DNA of 64,000 nt from Alkalispirochaeta sp. (lineage in GTDB: Bacteria > Spirochaetota > Spirochaetia > DSM-27196 > Alkalispirochaetaceae). Each line of letters opens with the position of its first letter. Position 1 is the stretch's first letter. Both the position numbers and the translations under genes were made by a program. The DNA is taken from positions 416,001 through 480,000 of the forward strand of contig OZ271854.1 of NCBI GenBank assembly GCA_965601925.1, in the 5' to 3' direction. Shown here piece by piece: positions 10,798 to 21,113 of this stretch. The notes below the pieces were generated by a model, which did not search any database, was not told the DNA's origin, and worked only from the letters and a program-made list of their open reading frames with translations.

Positions 10798-12171
10798 TCA
10801 TCGCTCGTAGGACGAGCTTATTTTGAGCTCCTTGCGGTACTTGGCGACGGTTCTCCGCGCGATCTTGATCCCCCGTTGCGCAAGCAGATCGGAGATACGC
10901 TGGTCGGAAAGGTGCTTTCCGGTCTTCTCTTCCCCTTCCAGAATCTCCCGCACGATCTCTTTCACCCCCCCTTTACTATACCGGGAACCGCTCGGTCCCG
11001 TACCGGCGATGCTATTCGAGAAGAAGTGTTTCAACTCGAAGATACCCCACTCCGTTTGAATATACTTTCCATTCGTGACCCGGGACACCGTCGCCTCGCT
11101 TACGTCTACCTCGGCTGCGATATCTTTGAGTGTGAGGGGTACGAGGTACTTTTTGCCCTTGAGAAAGAAATCGCGTTGAAAATCGAGAATCGCCCGCGCA
11201 ACCCTGAGAAGCGTCTGGTTCCGCTGCCGCACGCTGTGGATAAACCACCGCGCATCGCGTACCCGCGCGCCGGCGAAACGGCGGGCATCTTTGTCGCCAC
11301 CGTCGGCGATCTCGGAGAACATGTCGTCTACTCCCAATACCGGTATCTCCTCGTCGTTGACGACCAGTACGAACTCGCCGTCACGGCGACGCAGAATGAG
11401 ATCGGGTACGACATACCGCGACTCGTCGGTGGAAAACATGCGGCCGGGAAAGGGGGTAAGACCGCGAATCACCTCCAGCGCCGCACCGACCTCCTCGGTC
11501 GTGATCGATAGTGCGCGGGCTATCTCGCGAAACTTGCCCTTCTCCAAGGGTTCGAGATGGTCCCGTATGATCTCGGCGATACCCCGCGGCGGATCGGGCA
11601 CTCCGAGCGCCTGAACGACCAGAGACTCTTTATAGTCGGCAGTACAGCACCCGACCGGCTCGAACAGGCGAATGGTGTGCATCACCTTCCGGAGCGCCTC
11701 GTGGCGTTCGACGTCGACCAACGTCATCGGATCCTCGCGATGAAATCCATCTTCGTCGAGGTTGCGGATTAGCAGCAAGCCGAGAGCAAATTCATCCCGA
11801 TCGATCGGCTGAAGCTGCAACTGCCACACCAGATGTTCCTGGAGCGATTCGGGCCGCGAGAGCGTTCCTTCGATGAAGAGCCGTTTGCTGTCTTCATCTC
11901 CTTCGTATCGACTTCCCGTAACGAATCCCGGATCCGAGGAGTTCTCGAAATACTCGTACTCCTCGCGGCGTGCCGTCTCTTCTACTTGGGTATCGAGGGA
12001 GACGGTCGGTGTGTCCTGTACGACCTCGAGCGCCGGGTTAGCCTCCAACTCCTCGCGGATACGCAGCCTGAGATCCTGCAACGGGAGCGTCATGATCTGA
12101 ATGCTTTGCAAGAGCTGCGGAGTCATCCGAAGCTCCTGTCGCTGCACGAGCGCAGGACGTTGATACTGCAT
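10798..12171 (-). CDS. rpoN: RNA polymerase sigma-54 factor
   Basis: PQLLQSIQIMTLP, NPALE, ARRTVAKYR RpoN box. Confidence 0.97.
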   Translation of the reverse strand: MQYQRPALVQRQELRMTPQLLQSIQIMTLPLQDLRLRIREELEANPALEVVQDTPTVSLDTQVEETARREEYEYFENSSDPGFVTGSRYEGDEDSKRLFIEGTLSRPESLQEHLVWQLQLQPIDRDEFALGLLLIRNLDEDGFHREDPMTLVDVERHEALRKVMHTIRLFEPVGCCTADYKESLVVQALGVPDPPRGIAEIIRDHLEPLEKGKFREIARALSITTEEVGAALEVIRGLTPFPGRMFSTDESRYVVPDLILRRRDGEFVLVVNDEEIPVLGVDDMFSEIADGGDKDARRFAGARVRDARWFIHSVRQRNQTLLRVARAILDFQRDFFLKGKKYLVPLTLKDIAAEVDVSEATVSRVTNGKYIQTEWGIFELKHFFSNSIAGTGPSGSRYSKGGVKEIVREILEGEEKTGKHLSDQRISDLLAQRGIKIARRTVAKYRKELKISSSYER

Positions 12172-12224
12172 ACCACCCATAATGGGAGAGCCCCAAATCT
12201 TTGTCAATTTGGGGTGCCTATCGG

Positions 12225-12959
12225 TTATGACTGGTAATCGTCTCCGAGATAGATCTTTCGCGCCGTCTCGTTGGCCTCGATCTCGCCTCTCGTTCCGGCG
12301 ACGACGATCTGCCCCTGATGGATGAGGTAGGAGTAGTGCGAGATGGCCAACGTGTCCCGTTCGTTGTGATCGGTTATAAGAATGCCGATGCCCTGCGACG
12401 CCAACTGCGCGACGATCGTCTTGAGTTCGAACCGTGCCCGCGGATCGATACCGGCAAACGGCTCGTCGAGCAGCAAGAAGCGCGGCTCGATCGTAAGGGC
12501 GCGGGCGATCTCGGTACGTCGCCGTTCTCCGCCGGAGAGGGTATACGCCTTCTGTCGACGCAACGCGGTAATACCCAGCTCATCTAGGAGCTTGTCGACA
12601 CGCTCGCGCTTCTCGCCGCGCGTGAGGTCGCGGCGCGGCTCAAGCACCGCCATCAGATTTTGCTCAACCGAGAGCTTGCGAAACACCGACGGTTCTTGGG
12701 GCAGATATGATATACCCAAGCGCGCCCGTTGATACATGGGGAGGCGGGTGATGTCGTTCTCGTCGAGATACACGCTCCCCGCACTCGGCGTGATAAAGCC
12801 GACGATCATATAGAAACAGGTAGTCTTTCCCGCGCCGTTAGGACCGAGAAGGCTCACGACGCGCCCATTCTCCATCGAAAACTCGACGCCTCGGACGACC
12901 TCGCGCTTTCCGAAGCGCTTTCTCAAGCCGGCGATCCGCAAGGTATTGGTGGCATTCAC
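12225..12959 (-). CDS. lptB: LPS export ABC transporter ATPase LptB
   Basis: GPNGAGKTT, YLPQEPSVFRKL, LSGGERRR, LLDEPFAGIDP; start placed at GTG 12959. Confidence 0.94.
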   Translation of the reverse strand: MNATNTLRIAGLRKRFGKREVVRGVEFSMENGRVVSLLGPNGAGKTTCFYMIVGFITPSAGSVYLDENDITRLPMYQRARLGISYLPQEPSVFRKLSVEQNLMAVLEPRRDLTRGEKRERVDKLLDELGITALRRQKAYTLSGGERRRTEIARALTIEPRFLLLDEPFAGIDPRARFELKTIVAQLASQGIGILITDHNERDTLAISHYSYLIHQGQIVVAGTRGEIEANETARKIYLGDDYQS

Positions 12960-12966
12960 GATCTTG

Positions 12967-13803
12967 TTACTCCTCGGAAAGACGCTCGGCGGAACCGTCG
13001 GTCTCCGTCCCCTCGGTAGAAGGCTCCGGCGACCCGTCCTCGCCGCCGGTCGACTCGTCGATGGCCCCTTCACCCTCAGATGCTTCTCCCGACTCTCCGG
13101 TATCTTCCCCGGCGTCCCCGAGTTCGGACTCGTCGTTTGCGGCGCTTTCTTCGGCGTCCGCCGCCTCCTCATCGTCCTCGACGACCACCGACCCTTCGAC
13201 CCGTCCCTGCAGCTCGATCTCTTCGGTCTCGAGGTTGAGGACGATACGGCTCGCCCGATACTCGTCGCCGCGCCAGAAGACCACGGGGAATCCCGAGAGC
13301 TCCAGGATCTCCTCAGCGCGACGGTATCGGAGAAACTGCGCCCGGGCCGTGAGATCGTCCTGCAACACCCGCACCGCAATCTGTACGAAAATGAGATCGC
13401 CGCCGTCGCGTGTTTCGAGGTATCCGCCTTTGAGGAGAAGCTCGTTCCCGGCGTCTTCCACCACGACCGATCCCTGTGCTTGAGAGTTCTCCGTCTCCCG
13501 GTCGAACCGTAGCGACTCGGCGGTGATTACCAGGTCGCGTTCGGCGTCGGTGACGCGCACGTTTCCTCTCGTCTCGGCGTAACGAAAGTCGGTGCCCGAA
13601 AGCTCGATCTCATCGGCGTCCAACGTGATCGCGTCGCTGACCACGCGGGCGTTGCCTTCCAGGAGCGTACGTTCCCGCCCTTCGGCCAGAACGACCTCCG
13701 TTCGATCGCCGGAAAACGAAAATGCGTCAGCGTGCGCAAAGCCGCCGCCGACAATGAAACAGAGCACAACCGACGCGATCGCCGTCGTTTCGCGGCGCCT
13801 CAA
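12967..13803 (-). CDS. lptA: LptA/OstA-like periplasmic protein with acidic tail
   Basis: Signal peptide, repeated GNARV/GNVRV beta-jellyroll pattern, between lptC and lptB. Confidence 0.75.
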   Translation of the reverse strand: MRRRETTAIASVVLCFIVGGGFAHADAFSFSGDRTEVVLAEGRERTLLEGNARVVSDAITLDADEIELSGTDFRYAETRGNVRVTDAERDLVITAESLRFDRETENSQAQGSVVVEDAGNELLLKGGYLETRDGGDLIFVQIAVRVLQDDLTARAQFLRYRRAEEILELSGFPVVFWRGDEYRASRIVLNLETEEIELQGRVEGSVVVEDDEEAADAEESAANDESELGDAGEDTGESGEASEGEGAIDESTGGEDGSPEPSTEGTETDGSAERLSEE

Positions 13804-14414
13804 GAGTCGTCCTCATCGGAAAACACACCCTCTACGCCGCGGTCGAACTCGAGCGAGTTACGACGCCCGTCCAAGCGCAGCCCGTAGCCGCGCAGTTGCG
13901 AGCCGTCGTCGCGGTCAAGGGTCACCACATCCTCGTCCTCACCCGACAACACGCGCTCGGCGTCATTCCAATAGAGAAACTCACTTTGGAGCTCGGCCTC
14001 TTCTACCTGGGAGTAGAACCGTACCACACCCCGTAACTCGACGTTCTCGGTATCGAAAAAAAGCGTTCCCGCCTCGGCGCGTCCCTCCAGCCGGAGCTCC
14101 CCGTCGGGGCCGAACTCGCGAAACTCGAGTCCGCCGAACTGTTGATATCCTTCGTCCGGAAAACTCGCGATCCGGCGCGCCGTGAGCTCCAGGCGGTTTT
14201 CGCGCTCTATCACCATGCGCACATCGAGAATCTCGACTTGGGGGAGCGCACCGTCCACCTCGCCCTCTATCGTCGCACCGCTGTAATCGAAGGTACACGC
14301 CGAAGCGGCGAGGAGGGAGACGACGACGCAGGCGAGCCGCTGCACCGTACGCGCAGCGCGCATCCGAGACGGTGCGCCGCACGGAGCGATCACCGGCGCG
14401 CTATACCGGTACAC
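13800..14414 (-). CDS. lptC: LptC-like lipoprotein
   Basis: ASAC lipobox-like sequence, LQSEFLYW, G.GL pattern; synteny; start uncertain. Confidence 0.7.
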   Translation of the reverse strand: MYRYSAPVIAPCGAPSRMRAARTVQRLACVVVSLLAASACTFDYSGATIEGEVDGALPQVEILDVRMVIERENRLELTARRIASFPDEGYQQFGGLEFREFGPDGELRLEGRAEAGTLFFDTENVELRGVVRFYSQVEEAELQSEFLYWNDAERVLSGEDEDVVTLDRDDGSQLRGYGLRLDGRRNSLEFDRGVEGVFSDEDDS

Positions 14415-16023
14415 CGACCGTCATCCGCTCGACGGCGGCGCCGATAAACCCGCGAAAGAGGGGGTGCGCCTCCACCGGTTTGGACTTGAACTCGGGATGA
14501 AACTGGACGCCGACACCCCAGGGGTGCCCCGCCCACTCCAACGACTCGACCAACGAATAATCCTCCGTTACACCGGCGGTAATAAGGCCGCTCTCGTTCA
14601 GCTGCTGTCGATACGCGTTGGAGACCTCGTAACGGTGTCGGTGGCGCTCCTCCACGATCTCACGTCCGTACACCGTCCTGATCGTCGTCCCCGGTAAGAG
14701 CCGCGACTTACTCGCTCCGAGGCGCATCGTACCGCCGTAGTTCTTCACATCGACCTGCTCTTCCAGAAGGCTCACCACCGGATGGTTGCATTCGGGGGCG
14801 AACTCGGTGCTGTCCGCATCCTCGAAGCCCAAGACGTGGCGGGCGTACTCGATGACCATGACCTGCATGCCGAGACAGATACCGAAGTAAGGAATGCCTC
14901 CGGTGCGCGCATACTCTGCGGCAAGTACCATGCCGTTGACGCCGCGCCCGCCGAAGCCTCCGGGGATTAGGATACCGTGTACCCCGGAAAAAATCTCATC
15001 GAAGTCGGCGTCCGGCTTCTCCAGACGTTCGGAGTCGATTTTGACCAACTCCACACGGCACTCGTTGGCGATTCCGCCGTGGAAGAGCGCCTCGTCGACC
15101 GACTTGTAGGAGTCGGAAAGCTCAATGTACTTACCTACCACGGCGATCCGTGCGACGCACTCCGAACCGGTGACGACGCGTACGACGCGCTCCCAGTCGG
15201 AAAGTTTCGCCGGCGATATCTCGATGCCCAGGCGCTTCATCGCAATCTCATCGAGTCCCTGACGATGGTACATCAACGGTATCTCGTACAACGTCGACTG
15301 GATGTCGTAGGCGGAGATGACACCTTCGACGGCGACGTTGGTAAAGAGAGCTATTTTCCGCTTGAGATCGTCGGGAAGGGCCGCAGGCGCCCGGCATAGA
15401 AGGATATCGGGTTGAATACCGATCTCCCGCAACTCCTTGACCGAATGCTGGGTCGGCTTCGTTTTGAGCTCGCCGTTCACTACCTCGGGAATAAGCGTCA
15501 CATGCACGGCGAGCACGTTGGCGGCGCCCAACTCGTGAATAATCTGGCGTACCGATTCGAGAAAGGGAAACGATTCGATATCGCCGACCGTGCCGCCGAT
15601 CTCGACGATCGTGACATCGACCCCCTCCTCGTCACCGACGGCTCGAATTCGCTGCTTGATGCGGTCCGAAATATGCGGGATTACCTGCACGGTACGCCCT
15701 AAGTAACGACCTTCGCGCTCGCGCCGAATTACTTCTTGGTACACCTGGCCCGTGGTGATGGAGTTTGCCCGCGAGAGTGGCGATGAAGTAAAACGTGCGT
15801 AATTTCCTAAATCGAGATCGGTTTCGGCGCCGTCGTCGGTGACGTAAACCTCGCCGTGTTGATACGGACTCATCGTCCCCGCATCGACATTGATGTAGGG
15901 ATCGACCTTTATCATACGGACTGCAAGTCCCCGACTCTCCAGAAGACTCCCCAAAGATGCGGCTGCGATTCCCTTTCCGAGACTCGAGCAAACACCACCG
16001 GTAACAAATATGTACTTGTTCAT
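14401..16023 (-). CDS. pyrG: CTP synthase
   Basis: KYIFVTGGVCSSLGKG, KTKPTQHSV, GICLGMQ, QFHPEF. Confidence 0.98.
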   Translation of the reverse strand: MNKYIFVTGGVCSSLGKGIAAASLGSLLESRGLAVRMIKVDPYINVDAGTMSPYQHGEVYVTDDGAETDLDLGNYARFTSSPLSRANSITTGQVYQEVIRREREGRYLGRTVQVIPHISDRIKQRIRAVGDEEGVDVTIVEIGGTVGDIESFPFLESVRQIIHELGAANVLAVHVTLIPEVVNGELKTKPTQHSVKELREIGIQPDILLCRAPAALPDDLKRKIALFTNVAVEGVISAYDIQSTLYEIPLMYHRQGLDEIAMKRLGIEISPAKLSDWERVVRVVTGSECVARIAVVGKYIELSDSYKSVDEALFHGGIANECRVELVKIDSERLEKPDADFDEIFSGVHGILIPGGFGGRGVNGMVLAAEYARTGGIPYFGICLGMQVMVIEYARHVLGFEDADSTEFAPECNHPVVSLLEEQVDVKNYGGTMRLGASKSRLLPGTTIRTVYGREIVEERHRHRYEVSNAYRQQLNESGLITAGVTEDYSLVESLEWAGHPWGVGVQFHPEFKSKPVEAHPLFRGFIGAAVERMTVGVPV

Positions 16024-16235
16024 CCCGGGGCTTCATTATCCGCGCCGCTTTGCGCGCTGTCAACGAACGAAGGGGGTCATACGGCAATTCTTGTTGTGAT
16101 AAGAATCGTCGGGGCCCCCGGCACTTCCTCCGCTCGTCGGAAGTGCCGGGGGCTGTCGAGAATGATGTTTGACAGCACCTACACCAACGATTACTCTTAG
16201 GGCAAGAAATGTGAACCTTTTAAAGATAGTACACT

Positions 16236-17051
16236 ATGTCTGACTTCCTTGGCGACGCCGACTTCGAGCGATTTCGAAGCTTAATTTACGATGAGAGCGG
16301 AATTCACTTTTCCGAAACCAATCGAACTATCCTGGAGAGCCGTCTCAAGGAGCGGTTGCGGGCGGCTAACATAGAAACCGTCGGCGAGTACTACACGTAC
16401 GTTCGTTCCACCGGCGAAGAACTCAAAGTGCTGCTCGACGCGGTGACGACCAACCTCACCCGCTTTTTTCGAAACGCGGCACACTGGCAAACGTTCGAGA
16501 ATTACGTGATGCCGGACTTAATCCAGCGAAAGCGTGCCAGCGGAGATCAAACGTTTCGGATGTGGAGCGCCGGATGCTCCACCGGCGAAGAACCCTACAC
16601 GCTCGCCATAGAGATGCTGGAACTCATGCCCCCCGGGTTCAGCGTCGAGATTCTCGCCTCCGACTTAAGTCTCAAGTCGCTCTTAACGGGTCAGCAGGGG
16701 TACTATCGGGAGAGCCGCGTCGCGGGCATACCGGAAGGGCACCTGGCCAAGTACTTCGATCACAAAGAGGGCGGCTACCAAGCCAAAGACGAAGTAAAGA
16801 GACTGATCAAGTTCGACTATCACAACCTCAAGCACGACAGCGGGCGACGAAATCTCGATGTCGTGTTTTGCCGCAACGTATTGATCTACTTCGACGATGC
16901 CGCGCAAAAGGCGGTCGTCGACCGATTCTGGCAGGCGATGGCGTCTCACTCGTATCTGTTTATCGGACACAGCGAGTCGTTATTCGGTATGGAGACCGAT
17001 TTCAAGTTCATTAGAACCGATTGGGCGTGCATCTACGGGAAAGAGGTCTGA
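16236..17051 (+). CDS. cheR: chemotaxis methyltransferase CheR
   Basis: TTNLTRFFR, WSAGCSTGEEPY, FCRNVLIYF, GHSESL. Confidence 0.97.
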   Translation: MSDFLGDADFERFRSLIYDESGIHFSETNRTILESRLKERLRAANIETVGEYYTYVRSTGEELKVLLDAVTTNLTRFFRNAAHWQTFENYVMPDLIQRKRASGDQTFRMWSAGCSTGEEPYTLAIEMLELMPPGFSVEILASDLSLKSLLTGQQGYYRESRVAGIPEGHLAKYFDHKEGGYQAKDEVKRLIKFDYHNLKHDSGRRNLDVVFCRNVLIYFDDAAQKAVVDRFWQAMASHSYLFIGHSESLFGMETDFKFIRTDWACIYGKEV

Positions 17052-17054
17052 CAT

Positions 17055-18242
17055 ATGGAAATCGGTGTTCTCGTGGTAGACGATTCCGCTTTGATGCGCA
17101 ATCTGGTGAGTCGCATCGTCAACGCCGCACCGGATCTCACCGTCGTCGGGACGGCGATGAACGGAGAGTTTGCACTGAGCAAAATTCCTCGCCTCAAGCC
17201 GGACATTATCGTCCTCGACATCGAGATGCCGGTCATGACGGGCATCGAGTTTCTTCAGGAGCGGGAGAAGCGGGGAATAGACATACCGGTCATTATTCTC
17301 TCTTCGATCGCCCAGAAAGGCGCTAAAGTCACGATGGAGGCGTTGGCCCACGGGGCCAGCGACTTCATTACCAAACCGTCCGGCGCAATTTCCCAGGATA
17401 TTCACATCGTCGGCAATCAGCTGGTGGCGCTGCTTCGCGGATACGGCGGGAAATACCGCCGGATGCGGGGACTGGAAGTGCCCCCGGCGCCGGATGATGA
17501 CGGTGCGTTCGTACCCCAGACTCGCGGCGACTCGACGCCGCCGGCCGCGGCACATAGCGTTCCGGACGCGCACGAGGACGGCGTTGCGACGGTTGACCGC
17601 CCTATCCAAAAAAAGCCGGCGGTTGTCGTTGAACGCAAGAAACCGAAGAGCGAGCCGGGACCACTCGAGCTTATCGTGCTCGGCATCTCTACCGGTGGGC
17701 CGAATGCGCTTCGCAAAGTATTCACCGATATAGACGGCGACATCGGCGTCCCGATCGTCGTCGTCCAACATATGCCCGCCGGGTTCACCACCGAGTTCGC
17801 CCGAAGCCTCGATCGCGTTTCATCGCTTGAGGTAAAGGAGGCGGCGGACGGCGACATACTCAAGCCCGGTCGCGTACTTATCGCTCCCGGTGATTATCAC
17901 ATAGCGGTAGAGCGACGCAAACTCGCCGGCATCGCTCACCTGAATCACGACGCTCCCTGCAACGGTCACAGACCGTCGGCGGGGGTACTCTTTCAATCGG
18001 CCGCCAAGCATTACGGTAACAAGGTGATGGCCGTCATCATGACCGGCATGGGACGCGACGGCTCCTTCGAGATCGGAGAGATCTACGAGGCGGGCGGCGT
18101 CACGCTCGGGCAGGACGAGCCGTCGAGCGTCGTCTACGGCATGCCCCGGGTCGCCTTTGAGAGTGGTCATCTCCACCGCCAAGTCTCGTTGGACGAGATG
18201 GCGAAAGAGATAAACGAGACGGCGAAGACGCTGAAGGCATAG
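17055..18242 (+). CDS. cheB: chemotaxis methylesterase CheB
   Basis: REC domain plus GISTGGP, QHMP, MTGMGRDG. Confidence 0.97.
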   Translation: MEIGVLVVDDSALMRNLVSRIVNAAPDLTVVGTAMNGEFALSKIPRLKPDIIVLDIEMPVMTGIEFLQEREKRGIDIPVIILSSIAQKGAKVTMEALAHGASDFITKPSGAISQDIHIVGNQLVALLRGYGGKYRRMRGLEVPPAPDDDGAFVPQTRGDSTPPAAAHSVPDAHEDGVATVDRPIQKKPAVVVERKKPKSEPGPLELIVLGISTGGPNALRKVFTDIDGDIGVPIVVVQHMPAGFTTEFARSLDRVSSLEVKEAADGDILKPGRVLIAPGDYHIAVERRKLAGIAHLNHDAPCNGHRPSAGVLFQSAAKHYGNKVMAVIMTGMGRDGSFEIGEIYEAGGVTLGQDEPSSVVYGMPRVAFESGHLHRQVSLDEMAKEINETAKTLKA

Positions 18243-18263
18243 ACTGCGCCGCCGACGCAGCTC

Positions 18264-18291
18264 ACACCCCGCGAATCGCGCGGGGATGTGA
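18264..18291. terminator. hairpin between convergent cheB and lipoprotein genes
   Basis: CCCCGCG/CGCGGGG stem followed by an A-run (U-tract on the minus strand). Confidence 0.5.
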
Positions 18292-18357
18292 AAAACGCTT
18301 TAATGAACGTTGATCTGAAAGTTTTGGAGCGAAATCACGCCCGCTGTGTCGCAGATT

Positions 18358-19692
18358 TTAGTTGTTAATCACGAGATCGAAGGAGCTCGATCCTAAACCT
18401 GATTCTTCGACTATGTTGAGCCAATACCGTTCGCCGGGAGTGAGCGTTATGATTTTGACCTCATCCGCATTATCAGTGTTGGTGTTCGATAAATCGAGAA
18501 ACATTTGATCGGCTTCACTACCGTGAAACAGCATCCAATCGATATTCGACGCGAGATTAGTGACCTCAATACTATGCGCCCCAGCGGAAGCGGATCCGGC
18601 GATAAAGGTGTAGTACCGATCGCCGGACGAACCGATCGATTGGTTATCATAGGTGGTATTCAGATCGATCGGAAAATGCCCGCTATATAAATCGACCGAC
18701 CCCGTGTAGCTTCCGGCGATCACATCTCCGCCCCAAAGGGCAAGATTCCACTCTAGTGTATAGTCCGTTCCGACATTCGAGACGGCAACTGCTCCCATGG
18801 CTATCCGATCGTAAGAGCTTGGCGTAAACCCGTACCGATCGATGAAGACGTCTCTGCTGAGCTCCGATGCCGCATAGTCGATGGCCGCGCCGTCCGCACC
18901 TACCATGACAATTACGCCCGTCATCGTACTCGCCGTACTCGACAGAGAGGTAAGCACGTACGTGCCGGCATCAACGTCCCGTGAATCGCTGTTGTCGTTT
19001 AACGACATGTAAATCATGCCGCTATCTACGGAGGACGAAATAAACACGTCGGTACGGTACGCACCGTCGGCGCCTAATCCGAAATACTCAAGATTGAGCG
19101 TATCCAACCCGTCTATCGACGGTACGCCGTCGGGCCCGTCCGATCCTCCATGGTCAAGGCTCCCGGTGTAGCTTCCGCGTATCGAGCCGCCGTCGGATAG
19201 ATCAAGATTCCACTCAAACGTGTACTCGCTGCTCGATTTCGAAACCGTAACCGTTCCACTGATGATTTGATCATGCTGGTTAAGCGTAATCCCTTGCGTC
19301 TCGATGACATTACGAGGAGCCACTGAAGCCATATAATCAACGGAAAATGTGGTGCTGTTGAATCCGACGACGACATTGATATCCGACATTGTACTCGGCG
19401 CCTCGGAGAGAGTATCGAAGCGATAGGTACCCGCTTCTACGTCGCCTGGATCGACGGAGTCATTGAGCACAAAGTTAATTTGATCCGCCGTCATGGTGGA
19501 ATTAATCAACACTTCGGTCGTATAGCCGCCGTCGGTACTCGGTCCGCCGGCACCGGTAAACTCCAAGTAGTTCAAACCGCGTAGAGCTGGAACTTCGTCG
19601 TCGTCCTCTTCCTGGAGCGCCGTCAATAAATCGCACGCCCCCAGCAAACCTATCAGTCCGAACAATAGACCGAGGTACAGAAACCGCCGCAT
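18358..19692 (-). CDS. hypothetical lipoprotein with duplicated beta-rich domain
   Basis: MRRFLYLGLLFGLIGLLGAC lipobox; two similar ~140-aa units each ending GSYTGS[LV]D. Confidence 0.8.
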   Translation of the reverse strand: MRRFLYLGLLFGLIGLLGACDLLTALQEEDDDEVPALRGLNYLEFTGAGGPSTDGGYTTEVLINSTMTADQINFVLNDSVDPGDVEAGTYRFDTLSEAPSTMSDINVVVGFNSTTFSVDYMASVAPRNVIETQGITLNQHDQIISGTVTVSKSSSEYTFEWNLDLSDGGSIRGSYTGSLDHGGSDGPDGVPSIDGLDTLNLEYFGLGADGAYRTDVFISSSVDSGMIYMSLNDNSDSRDVDAGTYVLTSLSSTASTMTGVIVMVGADGAAIDYAASELSRDVFIDRYGFTPSSYDRIAMGAVAVSNVGTDYTLEWNLALWGGDVIAGSYTGSVDLYSGHFPIDLNTTYDNQSIGSSGDRYYTFIAGSASAGAHSIEVTNLASNIDWMLFHGSEADQMFLDLSNTNTDNADEVKIITLTPGERYWLNIVEESGLGSSSFDLVINN

Positions 19693-19924
19693 GAGTAATC
19701 TCCTATATGTTGAACTTAATGTCCAAAAAAGTAGCATGGTTTCCTTTTCTTGACAATATTCCAATACGAAATAAAAATGAATTTTTTCCGGCATCTAAGG
19801 CTATTTCAGACGAAGAATGTGCACATTACTCCATAAAAGATAAGAACTTACGAGTATACTTACGTATCCGATCTCTGTGCCGTGAGAATGACACTATTCG
19901 GACGCCGTAGGCGCCTGGCCTCTC

Positions 19925-21022
19925 TCATCGCCGCGACGATTCTCGAACCATGAGCTCCGCCTCAAGCAGAAACTCACGTGGCGCGCGGTCGGGGTGCGCA
20001 ATGCGGCTGAGCATCGCCTCGACTGCCGCGTCACCGATAGCCTCGCACGGTTGTTTGAGCGTGGTGAGAGGTACGCGGACCAGGCGGGCGTATTTGACGT
20101 CGTCGAAGCCGATGATTCGCACGTCGCGCGGGATGGCGACGCCCACCTTTTCCAGAGAGAGGATGAGCAGCGCCGCAGTCTCGTCGTTGACGCATACGAT
20201 ATCCCGCGCTCCAGACGCCATGAGCCGCTCCACGGCGTCGAGGTTTTCCGGATCGAGAAAGTGCTCCCACTCCGGTGACGGGATGAGGTCGGCGGCAAGG
20301 AGCGCGAGCCGGTAGCCGTCGACGCGTCGCTCCACGGTGGTGGCGGTGTGCGGTCTGGCGACAAAATCGACTCGCCGCGCCCCTTGCGAGGTCAGGTGCT
20401 CGGTGGCGACCCACGCTGCACGGATATTGTCAATGCCGACGATATCGAATTCGCTCCGTTCGGGAAAGGGAAGATAGTCTGCGTCGAGGAGCACGACCGG
20501 AACACGACTCTGCGCTAAGCGATCGATGACGGCTCTGTTCGTTGTGCCGCGGTCGGGATCGAGCTCGGCCGGCTGGAAGAAGATACCGTCGACCTCCTGA
20601 GCGATATAGCGGTCGGCCGTTCTGAGAAGCTCCTCGCCGGAGGTACCCTGCGCTGCGGAGCCTCCCCAACTCAGCGTGTAATGGTCCTCGGTGGCGCGTT
20701 CGGCTATACGGGCGCAGACCGGTTCGAAAATTTCGCCGCGCCCCAAGCCCGGTACCAGGAGGCCGAAAGTATGAGGTCTGTCACCGCTCCCCGGCGTAGT
20801 TACGAAGCTACCGGAGCCGACCTTTCGCTCGATTAAACCTTCGGCGGCGAGATCGTTGAGCGCTCGCGTCACGGTGGGACGCGATACACCGTATTCGCGC
20901 GCCAACTCGCGCTCGGTTGCTATGCGCTCGCCCGGGCTGAGCACGCCGGTATGAATGCGTTCTCGAATCCGGCGACTGATCGTCTCGTGCTTCTTTGCCG
21001 AACTCTCCGATGCGTGATCCAT
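19925..21022 (-). CDS. GntR-HTH/LacI-effector-domain transcriptional regulator
   Basis: TERELAREYGVSRPTV, IPRDVRIIGFDD, PLTTLKQP. Confidence 0.92.
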   Translation of the reverse strand: MDHASESSAKKHETISRRIRERIHTGVLSPGERIATERELAREYGVSRPTVTRALNDLAAEGLIERKVGSGSFVTTPGSGDRPHTFGLLVPGLGRGEIFEPVCARIAERATEDHYTLSWGGSAAQGTSGEELLRTADRYIAQEVDGIFFQPAELDPDRGTTNRAVIDRLAQSRVPVVLLDADYLPFPERSEFDIVGIDNIRAAWVATEHLTSQGARRVDFVARPHTATTVERRVDGYRLALLAADLIPSPEWEHFLDPENLDAVERLMASGARDIVCVNDETAALLILSLEKVGVAIPRDVRIIGFDDVKYARLVRVPLTTLKQPCEAIGDAAVEAMLSRIAHPDRAPREFLLEAELMVRESSRR

Positions 21023-21113
21023 CACCGACTCCTTACTCCCGTTCTATTGACAAATTGTCTTTTCCAATGTATTCCAATGTATATCCAATCATAATGATTG
21101 GAAAGGTCATTTT

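Noticed and set aside
12960..13379. N-terminal extension of lptB in the ORF track
   Set aside because: Overlaps lptA in another frame; the conserved protein begins near 12959
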